Positions 42,362 through 56,249 of a stretch of 64,000 bases of DNA are shown here, one piece after another. How positions within the stretch are numbered: the first letter of the stretch is position 1; the number at the start of each line of letters is the position of its first letter. The translations under genes were made by a program, and so were the position numbers. The notes beneath the pieces are model-generated. The model saw nothing but the letters and a program-made list of their open reading frames with translations, was not told the origin of the DNA and searched no databases. Source of the stretch: Antedon mediterranea (Eukaryota > Animalia > Echinodermata); contig NC_092671.1 in NCBI RefSeq assembly GCF_964355755.1, positions 21,531,317 to 21,595,316 of the forward strand, in the 5' to 3' direction.

Positions 42362-45300
42362 AATAGCTTCAAATCGCATTTGGAGACGTTTTAGACCATT
42401 TTGTAATTTTCAAAAAAACTTGTTAACATAAAAACACCAAAGTTCTTAGAATAGCTTCAAATCGCATTTGGAGACGTTTTAGACCATTTTGTGCATTTCG
42501 ATGAAACTTGGTTACACAAAAACATCAAAGTGCTTAAAATCACATTATAAACCGTTTTAGACCATTTGAGCATTTCGATAACACTTTTCACACAAAAACA
42601 TCAAAGTTCACAATATAGCTTAATATCCTATTTAAAAACGTTTTAGACCATTTTGAGCATTTCGACAAAACTTTTTCACACAAAACACCAAAGTGCTTAG
42701 AATACCTTCAAATCGCATTTGGAGACGTTTTAGACAATTTTGTGATTTTCGAAAAAACTTGTTAACATAAAAACACCAAAGTTTACAGAATAGCTTCAAA
42801 TCGCATTTGGAGACGTTTTAGACAATTTTGTGATTTTCGAAAAAACTTGTTAACATAAAAACACCAAAGTGCTTAGAATAGCTTCAAATCGCATTGGGAG
42901 ACGTTTTAGACCATTTTGTGATTTTCGAAAAAACTTGTTAACATAAAAACACCAAAGTGCTTAGAATAGCTTCAAATCGCATTTGGAGACGTTTTAGACC
43001 ATTTTGTGATTTTCGAAAAAACTTGTTAACATAAAAACGCCAAAGTTCTTAAAATAGCTTCAAATCGCATTTGGAGACGTTTTAGACCATTTTGTGATTT
43101 TCGAAAAAACTTGTTAACATAAAAACACCAAAGTGTTTAGAAAAGCTTCAAATCGCATTTGGAGACGTTTTAGACCATTTTGGGATTTTTGAAAAAACTT
43201 GTTAACATAAAAACACCAAAGTGCTTAGAATAGCTTCAAATCGCATTTGGAGACGTTTTAGACCATTTTGTAATTTTCAAAAAAACTTGTTAACATAAAA
43301 ACACCAAAGTTCTTAGAATAGCTTCAAATCGCATTTGGAGACGTTTTAGACCATTTTGTGCATTTCGATAAAACTTGGTTACACAAAAACATCAAAGTGC
43401 TTAAAATCACGTTATAAACCGTTTTAGACCATTTGAGCATTTCGATAACACTTTTCACACAAAAACATCAAAGGGCACAATATAGCTTAATATCCTATTT
43501 AAAAACGTTTTAGACCATTTTGAGCATTTCGACAAAACTTTTTCACACAAAACACCAAAGTGCTTAGAATACCTTCAAATCGCATTTGGAGACGTTTTAG
43601 ACAATTTTGTGATTTTCGAAAAAACTTAACATAAAAACATCAAAGTTTACAGAATAGCTTCAAATCGCTTTTGGAGACGTTTTAGACAATTTTGTGATTT
43701 TCGAAAAAACTTGTTAACATAAAAACACCAAAGTGCTTAGAATAGCTTCAAATCGCATTGGGAGACGTTTTAGACCATTTTGTGATTTTCGAAAAAACTT
43801 GTTAACATAAAAACATCAAAGTGTACAGAATAGCTTCAAATCGCATTTGGAGACGTTTTAGACCATTTTGTGATTTTCGAAAAAACTTGTTAACATAAAA
43901 ACACCAAAGTGCTTAGAATAGCTTCAAATCGCATTTGGAGACGTTTTAAACCATTTTGTGATTTTCGAAAAAACTTGTTAACATAAAAACACCAAAATGT
44001 TTAGAATAGCTTCAAATCGCATTTGGAGACGTTTTAGACCATTTTGTGATTTTCGAAAAAACTTGTTAACACAAAAACACCAAAGTGATTAGAATAGCTT
44101 CAAATCGCATTTGGAGACGTTTTAGACCATTTTGTGATTTTCGAAAAAACTTGTTAACATAAAAACACCAAAGTGATTAGAATAGCTTCAAATCGCATTT
44201 GGAGACGTTTTAGACCATTTTGTGCATTTCGATGAAACTTGGTTACGCAAAAACATCAAAGTGCTTAAAATCACATTATAAACCGTTTTAGACCATTTTG
44301 AGCATATCGATAACACTTTTTACACAAAACACCAAAGTGCTTAGAATAGCTTCAAATCGCATTTGGAGACGTTTTAGACCATTTTGTGATTTTCGACAAA
44401 ACTTTTTCACACAAAACACCAAAGTGCTTAGAATACCTTCAAATCGCATTTGGAGACGTTTTAGACCATTTTGTGATTTTCGAAAAAACTTGTTAACATA
44501 AAAACATCAAAATGTTTAGAATAGCTTCAAATCACATTTGGAGACGTTTTAGACCATTTTGTGATTTTCGAAAAAACTTGTTAACACAAAAACACCAAAG
44601 TGATTAGAATAGCTTCAAATCGCATTTGGAGACGTTTTAGACCAATTTGTGCATTTCGATGAAACTTGGTTACGCAAAAACATCAAAGTGCTTAAAATCA
44701 CATTATAAACCGTTTTAGACCATTTTGAGCATATCGATAACACTTTTCACACAAAAACATCAAAGAGCACAATATAGCTTAATATCTTATTTAAAAACGT
44801 TTTAGACCATTTTGAGCATTTCGACAAAACTTTTTCACACAAAACACCAAAGTGCTTAGAATAGCTTCAAATCGCATTTGGAGACGTTTTAGACCATTTT
44901 GTGATTTTCGAAAAAACTTGTTAACATAAAAACATCAAAGTGCTAAGAATAGCTTCAAATCGCATTTGGAGACATTTTAGACCAATTAGTGATTTTCGAA
45001 AAAACTTGGTTACACAAAAACATCAAAGTGGTTAAAATCACATTATAAACCGTTTTAGACCATTTTGAGCATTTCGATAACACTTTTCACACAAAAACAT
45101 CAAAGTGCTTAGAATAGCTTCAAATCGCATTTGGAGACGTTTTAGACCATTTTGTGATTTTCGAAAAAAACTTTTTAACATAAAAACACCAAACTTCTAA
45201 GAATATCTTCAAATCGCATATGGAGACAATTTAGACCATTTTGTGATTTTCGAAAAAACTTGTTAACATAAAAACACCAAAGTGCTAAGAATAGCTTCAA

Positions 45301-48300
45301 ATCGCATATGGAGACAATTTAGACCATTTTGTGATTTTCGAAAAAACTTGTTAACATAAAAACACCAAAGTGCTTAGAATACCTTCAAATCGCATTTGGA
45401 GACGTTTAAGACCATTTTGTGATTTTCGAAAAAACTTGTTAACATAAAAACACCAAAGTGCTTAGAATAGCTTCAAATCGCATTTGGAGACGTTTTAGAC
45501 CAATTTGTGATTTTCGAAAAAACTTGGTTACACAAAAACATCAAAGTGGATAAAAGCACATTATAAACCGTTTTAGACCATTTTGAGCATTTCGATAACA
45601 CATTTCACACAAAAACATCAAAGAGCACAAAATAGCTTAATATCGTATTTAAAAACGTTTTAAACCATTTTGAGCATTTCGACAAAACTTTTTCACACAA
45701 AACACCAAAGTGTTTAGAAAAGCTTCAAATCGCATTTGGAGACGTTTTAGACCATTTTGGGATTTTCGAAAAAACTTGTTAACATAAAAACACCAAAGTG
45801 CTTAGAATAGCTTCAAATCGCATTTGAAGACGTTTTAGACCATTTTGTAATTTTCGAAAAAACTTGTTAACATAAAAACACCAAAATGTTTAGAATAGCT
45901 TCAAATCGCATTTGGAGACGTTTTAGACCATTTTGTGATTTTCGAAAAAACTTGTTAACACAAAAACACCAAAGTGATTAGAATAGCTTCAAATCGCATT
46001 TGGAGACGTTTTAGACCATTTTGTGATTTTCGAAAAAACTTGTTAACATAAAAACACCAAAGTGATTAGAATAGCTTCAAATCGCATTTGGAGACGTTTT
46101 AGACCATTTTGTGCATTTCGATGAAACTTGGTTACGCAAAAACATCAAAGTAATAATCACATTATAAACAGTTTTAGACCATTTTGAGCATATCGATAAA
46201 ACTTTTTACACAAAACACCAAAGTGCTTAGAATAGCTTCAAATCGCATTTGGAGACGTTTTAGACCATTTTGTGATTTTCGACAAAACTTTTTCACACAA
46301 AACACCAAAGTGCTTAGAATACCTTCAAATCGCATTTGGAGACGTTTTAGACCATTTTGTGATTTTCGAAAAAACTTGTTAACATAAAAACATCAAAGTG
46401 TACAGATTAGCTTCAAATCGCATTTGGAGACGTTTTAGACCATTTTGTGATTTTCGAAAAAACTTGTTAACATAAAAACACCAAAGTGCTTAGAATAGCT
46501 TCAAATCGCATTAGGAGACGTTTTAGACCATTTTGTTATTTTCGAAAAAACTTGTTAACATAAAAACATCAAAGTGTACAGAATAGCTTCAAATCGCATT
46601 TGGAGACGTTTTAGACCATTTTGTGATTTTCGAAAAAACTTGTTAACATAAAAACACCAAAGTGCTTAGAATAGCTTCAAATCGCATTAGGAGACGTTTT
46701 AGACCATTTTGTGATTTTCGAAAAAACTTGTTAACATAAAAACACCAAAGTGCTTAGAATAGCTTCAAATCGCATTTGGAGACGTTTTAGACCATTTTGT
46801 GATTTTCGAAAAAACTTGTTAACATAAAAACACCAAAATGTTTAGAATAGCTTCAAATCACATTTGGAGACGTTTTAGACCATTTTGTGATTTTCGAAAA
46901 AACTTGTTAACACAAAAACACCAAAGTGATTAGAATAGCTTCAAATCGCATTTGGAGACGTTTTAGACCAATTTGTGCATTTCGATGAAACTTGGTTACG
47001 CAAAAACATCAAAGTGCTTAAAATCACATTATAAACCGTTTTAGACCATTTTGAGCATATCGATAACACTTTTCACACAAAAACATCAAAGAGCACAATA
47101 TAGCTTAATATCTTATTTAAAAACGTTTTAGACCATTTTGAGCATTTCGACAAAACTTTTTCACACAAAACACCAAAGTGCTTAGAATAGCTTCAAATCG
47201 CATTTGGAGACGTTTTAGACCATTTTGTGATTTTCGAAAAAACTTTTTCACACAAAACACCAAAGTGCTTAGAATACCTTCAAATCGCATTTGGAGACGT
47301 TTTAGACCATTTTGTGATTTTCGAAAAAACTTGTTAACATAAAAACATCAAAGTGTACAGAATAGCTTCAAATCGCATTTGGAGACGTTTTAGACCATTT
47401 TGTGATTTTCGAAAAAACTTGTTAACATAAAAACACCAAAGTGCTTAGAATAGCTTCAAATCGCATTAGGAGACGTTTTAGACCATTTTGTGATTTTCGA
47501 AAAAACTTGTTAACACAAAAACACCAAAGTGCTTAGAATAGCTTCAAATCGCATTTGGAGACGTTTTAGACCATTTTGTGATTTTCGAAAAAACTTGTTA
47601 ACATTAAAACACCAAAATGTTTAGAATAGCTTCAAATCGCATTTGGAGACGTTTTAGACCATTTTGTGATTTTCGAAAAAACTTGTTAACACAAAAACAC
47701 CAAAGTGATTAGAATAGCTTCAAATCGCATTTGGAGACGTTTTAGACCATTTTGTGCATTTCGATGAAACTTGGTTACGGAAAAACATCAAAGTGCTTAA
47801 AATCACATTATAAACCGTTTTAGACCATTTTGAGCATATCGATAACACTTTTCACACAAAAACATCAAAGAGCACAATATAGCTTAATATCGTATTTAAA
47901 AACGTTTTAGACCATTTTGAGCATTTCGACAAAACTTTTTCACACAAAACACCAAAGTGCTTAGAATAGCTTCAAATCGCATTTGGAGACGTTTTAGACC
48001 ATTTTGTGATTTTCGAAAAAACTTGTTAACATAAAAACACCAAAGTGATTAGAATAGCTTCAAATCGCATTTGGAGACGTTTTAGACCATTTTGTGCATT
48101 TCGATGAAACTTGGTTACGCAAAAACATCAAAGTGCTTAAAATCACATTATAAACAGTTTTAGACCATTTTGAGCATATCGATAACACTTTTTACACAAA
48201 ACACCAAAGTGCTTAGAATAGCTTCAAATCGCATTTGGAGACGTTTTAGACCATTTTGTGATTTTCGACAAAACTTTTTCACACAAAACACCAAAGTGCT

Positions 48301-51300
48301 TAGAATACCTTCAAATCGCATTTGGAGACGTTTTAGACCATTTTGTGATTTTCGAAAAAACTTGTTAACATAAAAACATCAAAGTGTACAGAATAGCTTC
48401 AAATCGCATTTGGAGACGTTTTAGACCATTTTGTGATTTTCGAAAAAACTTGTTAACATAAAAACACCAAAGTGCTTAGAATAGCTTCAAATCGCATTAG
48501 GAGACGTTTTAGACCATTTTGTGATTTTCGAAAAAACTTGTTAACATAAAAACACCAAAGTGCTTAGAATAGCTTCAAATCGCATTTGGAGACGTTTTAG
48601 ACCATTTTGTGATTTTCGAAAAAACTTGTTAACATAAAAACACCAAAATGTTTAGAATAGCTTCAAATCGCATTTGGAGACGTTTTAGACCATTTTGTGA
48701 TTTTCGAAAAAACTTGTTAACACAAAAACACCAAAGTGATTAGAATAGCTTCAAATCGCATTTGGAGACGTTTTAGACCATTTTGTGCATTTCGATGAAA
48801 CTTGGTTACGCAAAAACATCAAAGTGCTTAAAATCACATTATAAACCGTTTTAGACCATTTTGAGCATATCGATAACACTTTTCACACAAAAACATCAAA
48901 GAGCACAATATAGCTTAATATCGTATTTAAAAACGTTTTAGACCATTTTGAGCATTTCGACAAAACTTTTTCACACAAAACACCAAAGTGCTTAGAATAG
49001 CTTCAAATCGCATTTGGAGACGTTTTAGACCATTTTGTGATTTTCGAAAAAACTTGTTAACATAAAAACATCAAAGGGCTAAGAATAGCTTCAAATGGCA
49101 TTTGGAGACATTTTAGAACAATTAGTGATTTTCGAAAAAACTTGGTTACACAAAAACATCAAAGTGGTTAAAATCACATTATAAACCGTTTTAGACCATT
49201 TTGAGCATTTCGATAACACTTTTTACACAAAAACATCAAAGTGCTTAGAATAGCTTCAAATCGCATTTGGAGACGTTTTAGACCATTTTGTGATTTTTGA
49301 AAAAAACTTTTTAACATAAAAACACCAAACTGCTAAGAATAGCTTCAAATCGCATATGGAGACAATTTAGACCATTTTGTGATTTTCGAAAAAACTTGTT
49401 AACATAAAAACACCAAAGTGCTTAGAATACCTTCAAATCGCATTTGGAGACGTTTTAGACCATTTTGTGATTTTCGAAAAAACTTGTTAACATAAAAACA
49501 TCAAAGTGTACAGAATAGCTTCAAATCGCATTTGGAGACGTTTTAGACCATTTTGTGATTTTCGAAAAAACTTGTTAACATAAAAACACCAAAGTGCTTA
49601 GAATAGCTTCAAATCGCATTAGGAGACGTTTTAGACCATTTTGTGATTTTCGAAAAAACTTGTTAACATAAAAACACCAAAGTGCTTAGAATAGCTTCAA
49701 ATCGCATTTGGAGACGTTTTAGACCATTTTGTAATTTTCGAAAAAACTTGTTAACATAAAAACACCAAAATGTTTAGAATAGCTTCAAATCACATTTGGA
49801 GACGTTTTAGACCATTTTGTGATTTTCGAAAAAACTTGTTAACACAAAAACACCAAAGTGATTAGAATAGCTTCAAATCGCATTTGTTTTAGACCATTTT
49901 GTGCATTTCGATGAAACTTGGTTACGCAAAAACATCAAAGTGCTTAAAATCACATTATAAACCGTTTTAGACCATTTTGAGCATATCGATAACACTTTTC
50001 ACACAAAAACATCAAAGAGCACAATATAGCTTAATATCGTATTTAAAAACGTTTTAGACCATTTTGAGCATTTCGACAAAACTTTTTCACACAAAACACC
50101 AAAGTGCTTAGAATAGCTTCAAATCGCATTTGGAGACGTTTTAGACCATTTTGTGATTTTCGAAAAAACTTGTTAACATAAAAACATCAAAGTGCTAAGA
50201 ATAGTTTCAAATCGAATTTGGAGACATTTTAGACCAATTAGTGATTTTCGAAAAAACTTGGTTACACAAAAACATCAAAGTGGTTAAAATCACATTATAA
50301 ACCGTTTTAGACCATTTTGAGCATTTCGATAACACTTTTCACACAAAAACATCAAAGTGCTTAGAATAGCTTCAAATCGCATTTGGAGACGTTTTAGACC
50401 ATTTTGTGATTTTCGAAAAAAACTTTTTAACATAAAAACACCAAACTGCTAAGAATAGCTTCAAATCGCATATGGAGACAATTTAGACCATTTTGTGATT
50501 TTCGAAAAAACTTGTTAACATAAAAACACCAAAGTGCTTAGAATACCTTCAAATCGCATTTGGAGACATTTTAGACCATTTTGTGATTTTCGAAAAAACT
50601 TGTTAACATAAAAACATCAAAGTGCTAAGAATAGCTTCCAATCGCATTTGGAGACGTTTTAGACCATTTTGTGATTTTCGAAAACAACTTGTTAACATAA
50701 AAACACCAAAGTGCTTAGAATAGCTTCAAATCGCATTTGGAGACGTTTTAGACCAATTTGTGATTTTCGAAAAAACTTGGTTACACAAAAACATCAAAGT
50801 GGATAAAATCACATTATAAACCGTTTTAGACCATTTTGAGCATATCGATAACACTTTTCACACAAAAACATCAAAGACCACAATATAGCTTAATATCGTA
50901 TTTAAAAACGTTTTAGACCATTTTGAGCATTTCGACAAAACTTTTTCACACAAAACACCAAAGTGCTTAGAATAGCTTCAAATCGCATTTGGAGACGTTT
51001 TAGACCATTTTGTGATTTTCGAAAAAACTTGTTAACATAAAAACATCAAAGTGCTAAGAATAGCTTCAAATCGAATTTGGAGACATTTTAGACCAATTAG
51101 TGATTTTCGAAAAAACTTGGTTACACAAAAACATCAAAGTGGTTAAAATCACATTATAAACCGTTTTAGACCATTTTGAGCATTTCGATAACACTTTTCA
51201 CACAAAAACATCAAAGTGCTTAGAATAGCTTCAAATCGCATTTGGAGACGTTTTAGACCATTTTGTGATTTTCGAAAAAAACTTTTTAACATAAAAACAC

Positions 51301-54300
51301 CAAACTGCTAAGAATAGCTTCAAATCGCATATGGAGACAATTTAGACCATTTTGTGATTTTCGAAAAAACTTGTTAACATAAAAACACCAAAGTGCTTAG
51401 AATACCTTCAAATCGCATTTGGAGACATTTTAGACCATTTTGTGATTTTCGAAAAAACTTGTTAACATAAAAACATCAAAGTGCTAAGAATAGCTTCCAA
51501 TCGCATTTGGAGACGTTTTAGACTATTTTGTGATTTTCGAAAACAACTTGTTAACATAAAAACACCAAAGTGCTTAGAATAGCTTCAAATCGCATTTGGA
51601 GACGTTTTAGACCAATTTGTGATTTTCGAAAAAACTTGGTTACACAAAAACATCAAAGTGGATAAAATCACATTATAAACCGTTTTAGACCATTTTGAGC
51701 ATTTCGATAACACATTTCACACAAAAACATCAAAGAGCACAAAATAGCTTAATATCGTATTTAAAAACGTTTTAAACCATTTTGAGCATTTCGACAAAAC
51801 TTTTTCACACAAAACACCAAAGTGTACAGAATAGCTTCAAATCCCATTTGGAGACGTTTTAGACCATTTTGTGATTTTCGAAAAAACTTGTTAATATAAA
51901 AACACCAAAGTACTTAGAATAGCTTCAAATCGCATTTGGAGACGTTGTAGACCATTTTGTGATTTTCGAAAAAACTTGTTAACATAAAAACACCAAAGTT
52001 TACAGAATAGCTTCAAATCGCATTTGGAGACGTTTTAGACAATTTTGTGCATTTCGATGAAACTTGGTTACACAAAAATATCAAAGTGCTTAAAATCACA
52101 TTATAAACCGTTTTAGACCATTTGAGCATTTCCATAACACTTTTCACACAAAAACATCAAAGGGCACAATATAGCTTAATATCCTATTTAAAAACGTTTT
52201 AGACCATTTTGAGCATTTCGACAAAACTTTTTCACACAAAACACCAAAGTGCTTAGAATACCTTCAAATCGCATTTGGAGACGTTTTAGACCATTTTGTG
52301 ATTTTCGAAAAAACTTAACATAAAAACATCAAAGTTTACAGAATAGCTTCAAATCGCATTTGGAGACGTTTTAAACCATTTTGTGATTTTCGAAAAAACT
52401 TGTTAACATAAAAACACCAAAATGTTTAGAATAGCTTCAAATCGCATTTGGAGACGTTTTAGACCATTTTGTGATTTTCGAAAAAACTTGTTAACACAAA
52501 AACACCAAAGTGATTAGAATAGCTTCAAATCGCATTTGGAGACGTTTTAGACCATTTTGTGATTTTCGAAAAAACTTGTTAACATAAAAACACCAAAGTG
52601 ATTAGAATAGCTTCAAATCGCATTTGGAGACATTATGAACCGTTTTAGACCATTTTGAGCATATCGATAACACTTTTTACACAAAACGCCAAAGTGCTTA
52701 GAATAGCTTCAAATCGCATTTGGAGACGTTTTAGACCATTTTGTGATTTTCGACAAAACTTTTTCACACAAAACACCAAAGTGCTTAGAATACCTTCAAA
52801 TCGCATTTGGAGACGTTTTAGACCATTTTGTGATTTTCGAAAAAACTTGTTAACATAAAAACATCAAAGTGTACAGAATAGCTTCAAATCGCATTTGGAG
52901 ACGTTTTAGACCATTTTGTGATTTTCGAAAAAACTTGTTAACATAAAAACACCAAAGTGCTTAGAATAGCTTCAAATCGCATTAGGAGACGTTTTAGACC
53001 ATTTTGTGATTTTCGAAAAAACTTGTTAACATAAAAACACCAAAGTGCTTAGAATAGCTTCAAATCGCATTTGGAGACGTTTTAGACCATTTTGTGATTT
53101 TCGAAAAAACTTGTTAACATAAAAACACCAAAGTTCTTAAAATAGCTTCAAATCGCATTTGGAGACGTTTTAGACCATTTTGTGATTTTCGAAAAAACTT
53201 GTTAACATAAAAACACCAAAGTGCTTAGAATAGCTTCAAATCGCATTTGGAGACGTTTTAGACCATTTTGGGATTTTTGAAAAAACTTGTTAACATAAAA
53301 ACACCAAAGTTCTTAGAATAGCTTCAAATCGCATTTGGAGACGTTTTAGACCATTTTGTGCATTTCGATGAAACTTGGTTACACAAAAACATCAAAGTGC
53401 TTAAAATCACGTTATAAACCGTTTTAGACCATTTGAGCATTTCGATAACACTTTTCACACAAAAACATCAAAGGGCACAATATAGCTTAATATCCTATTT
53501 AAAAACGTTTTAGACCATTTTGAGCATTTCGACAAAACTTTTTCACACAAAACACCAAAGTGCTTAGAATACCTTCAAATCGCATTTGGAGACGTTTTAG
53601 ACAATTTTGTGATTTTCGAAAAAACTTGTTAACATAAAAACATCAAAGTTTACAGAATAGCTTCAAATCGCTTTTGGAGACGTTTTAGACAATTTTGTGA
53701 TTTTCGAAAAAACTTGTTAACATAAAAACACCAAAGTGCTTAGAATAGCTTCAAATTGCATTGGGAGACGTTTTAGACCATTTTGTGATTTTCGAAAAAA
53801 CTTGTTAACATAAAAACATCAAAGTGTACAGAATAGCTTCAAATCGCATTTGGAGACGTTTTAGACCATTTTGTGATTTTCGAAAAAACTTGTTAACATA
53901 AAAACACCAAAGTGCTTAGAATAGCTTCAAATCGCATTTGGAGACGTTTTAAACCATTTTGTGATTTTCGAAAAAACTTGTTAACATAAAAACACCAAAA
54001 TGTTTAGAATAGCTTCAAATCGCATTTGGAGACGTTTTAGACCATTTTGTGATTTTCGAAAAAACTTGTTAACACAAAAACACCAAAGTGATTAGAATAG
54101 CTTCAAATCGCATTTGGAGACGTTTTAGACCATTTTGTGATTTTCGAAAAAACTTGTTAACATAAAAACACCAAAGTGATTAGAATAGCTTCAAATCGCA
54201 TTTGGAGACGTTTTAGACCATTTTGTGCATTTCGATGAAACTTGGTTACGCAAAAACATCAAAGTGCTTAAAATCACATTATAAACCGTTTTAGACCATT

Positions 54301-56249
54301 TTGAGCATATCGATAACACTTTTTACACAAAACACCAAAGTGCTTAGAATAGCTTCAAATCGCATTTGGAGACGTTTTAGACCATTTTGTGATTTTCGAC
54401 AAAACTTTTTCACACAAAACACCAAAGTGCTTAGAATACCTTCAAATCGCATTTGGAGACGTTTTAGACCATTTTGTGATTTTCGAAAAAACTTGTTAAC
54501 ATAAAAACATCAAAGTGTACAGAATAGCTTCAAATCGCATTTGGAGACGTTTTAGACCATTTTGTGATTTTCGAAAAAACTTGTTAACATAAAAACACCA
54601 AAGTGCTTAGAATAGCTTCAAATCGCATTAGGAGACGTTTTAGACCATTTTGTGATTTTCGAAAAAACTTGTTAACATAAAAACACCAAAGTGCTTAGAA
54701 TAGCTTCAAATCGCATTTGGAGACGTTTTAGACCATTTTGTGATTTTCGAAAAAACTTGTTAACATAAAAACACCAAAATGTTTAGAATAGCTTCAAATC
54801 GCATTTGGAGACGTTTTAGACCATTTTGTGATTTTCGAAAAAACTTGTTAACACAAAAACACCAAAGTGATTAGAATAGCTTCAAATCGCATTTGGAGAC
54901 GTTTTAGACCATTTTGTGCATTTCGATGAAACTTGGTTACGCAAAAACATCAAAGTGCTTAAAATCACATTATAAACCGTTTTAGACCATTTTGAGCATA
55001 TCGATAACACTTTTCACACAAAAACATCAAAGAGCACAATATAGCTTAATATCGTATTTAAAAACGTTTTAGACCATTTTGAGCATTTCGACAAAACTTT
55101 TTCACACAAAACACCAAAGTGCTTAGAATAGCTTCAAATCGCATTTGGAGACGTTTTAGACCATTTTGTGATTTTCGAAAAAACTTGTTAACATAAAAAC
55201 ATCAAAGGGCTAAGAATAGCTTCAAATGGCATTTGGAGACATTTTAGAACAATTAGTGATTTTCGAAAAAACTTGGTTACACAAAAACATCAAAGTGGTT
55301 AAAATCACATTATAAACCGTTTTAGACCATTTTGAGCATTTCGATAACACTTTTTACACAAAAACATCAAAGTGCTTAGAATAGCTTCAAATCGCATTTG
55401 GAGACGTTTTAGACCATTTTGTGATTTTTGAAAAAAACTTTTTAACATAAAAACACCAAACTGCTAAGAATAGCTTCAAATCGCATATGGAGACAATTTA
55501 GACCATTTTGTGATTTTCGAAAAAACTTGTTAACATAAAAACACCAAAGTGCTTAGAATACCTTCAAATCGCATTTGGAGACGTTTTAGACCATTTTGTG
55601 ATTTTCCAAAAAACTTGTTAACATAAAAACATCAAAGTGTACAGAATAGCTTCAAATCGCATTTGGAGACGTTTTAGACCATTTTGTGATTTTCGAAAAA
55701 ACTTGTTAACATAAAAACACCAAAGTGCTTAGAATAGCTTCAAATCGCATTAGGAGACGTTTTAGACCATTTTGTGATTTTCGAAAAAACTTGTTAACAT
55801 AAAAACACCAAAGTGCTTAGAATAGCTTCAAATCGCATTTGGAGACGTTTTAGACCATTTTGTAATTTTCGAAAAAACTTGTTAACATAAAAACACCAAA
55901 ATGTTTAGAATAGCTTCAAATCACATTTGGAGACGTTTTAGACCATTTTGTGATTTTCGAAAAAACTTGTTAACACAAAAACACCAAAGTGATTAGAATA
56001 GCTTCAAATCGCATTTGGAGACGTTTTAGACCAATTTGTGCATTTCGATGAAACTTGGTTACGCAAAAACATCAAAGTGCTTAAAATCACATTATAAACC
56101 GTTTTAGACCATTTTGAGCATATCGATAACACTTTTCACACAAAAACATCAAAGAGCACAATATAGCTTAATATCTTATTTAAAAACGTTTTAGACCATT
56201 TTGAGCATTTCGACAAAACTTTTTCACACAAAACACCAAAGTGCTTAGA

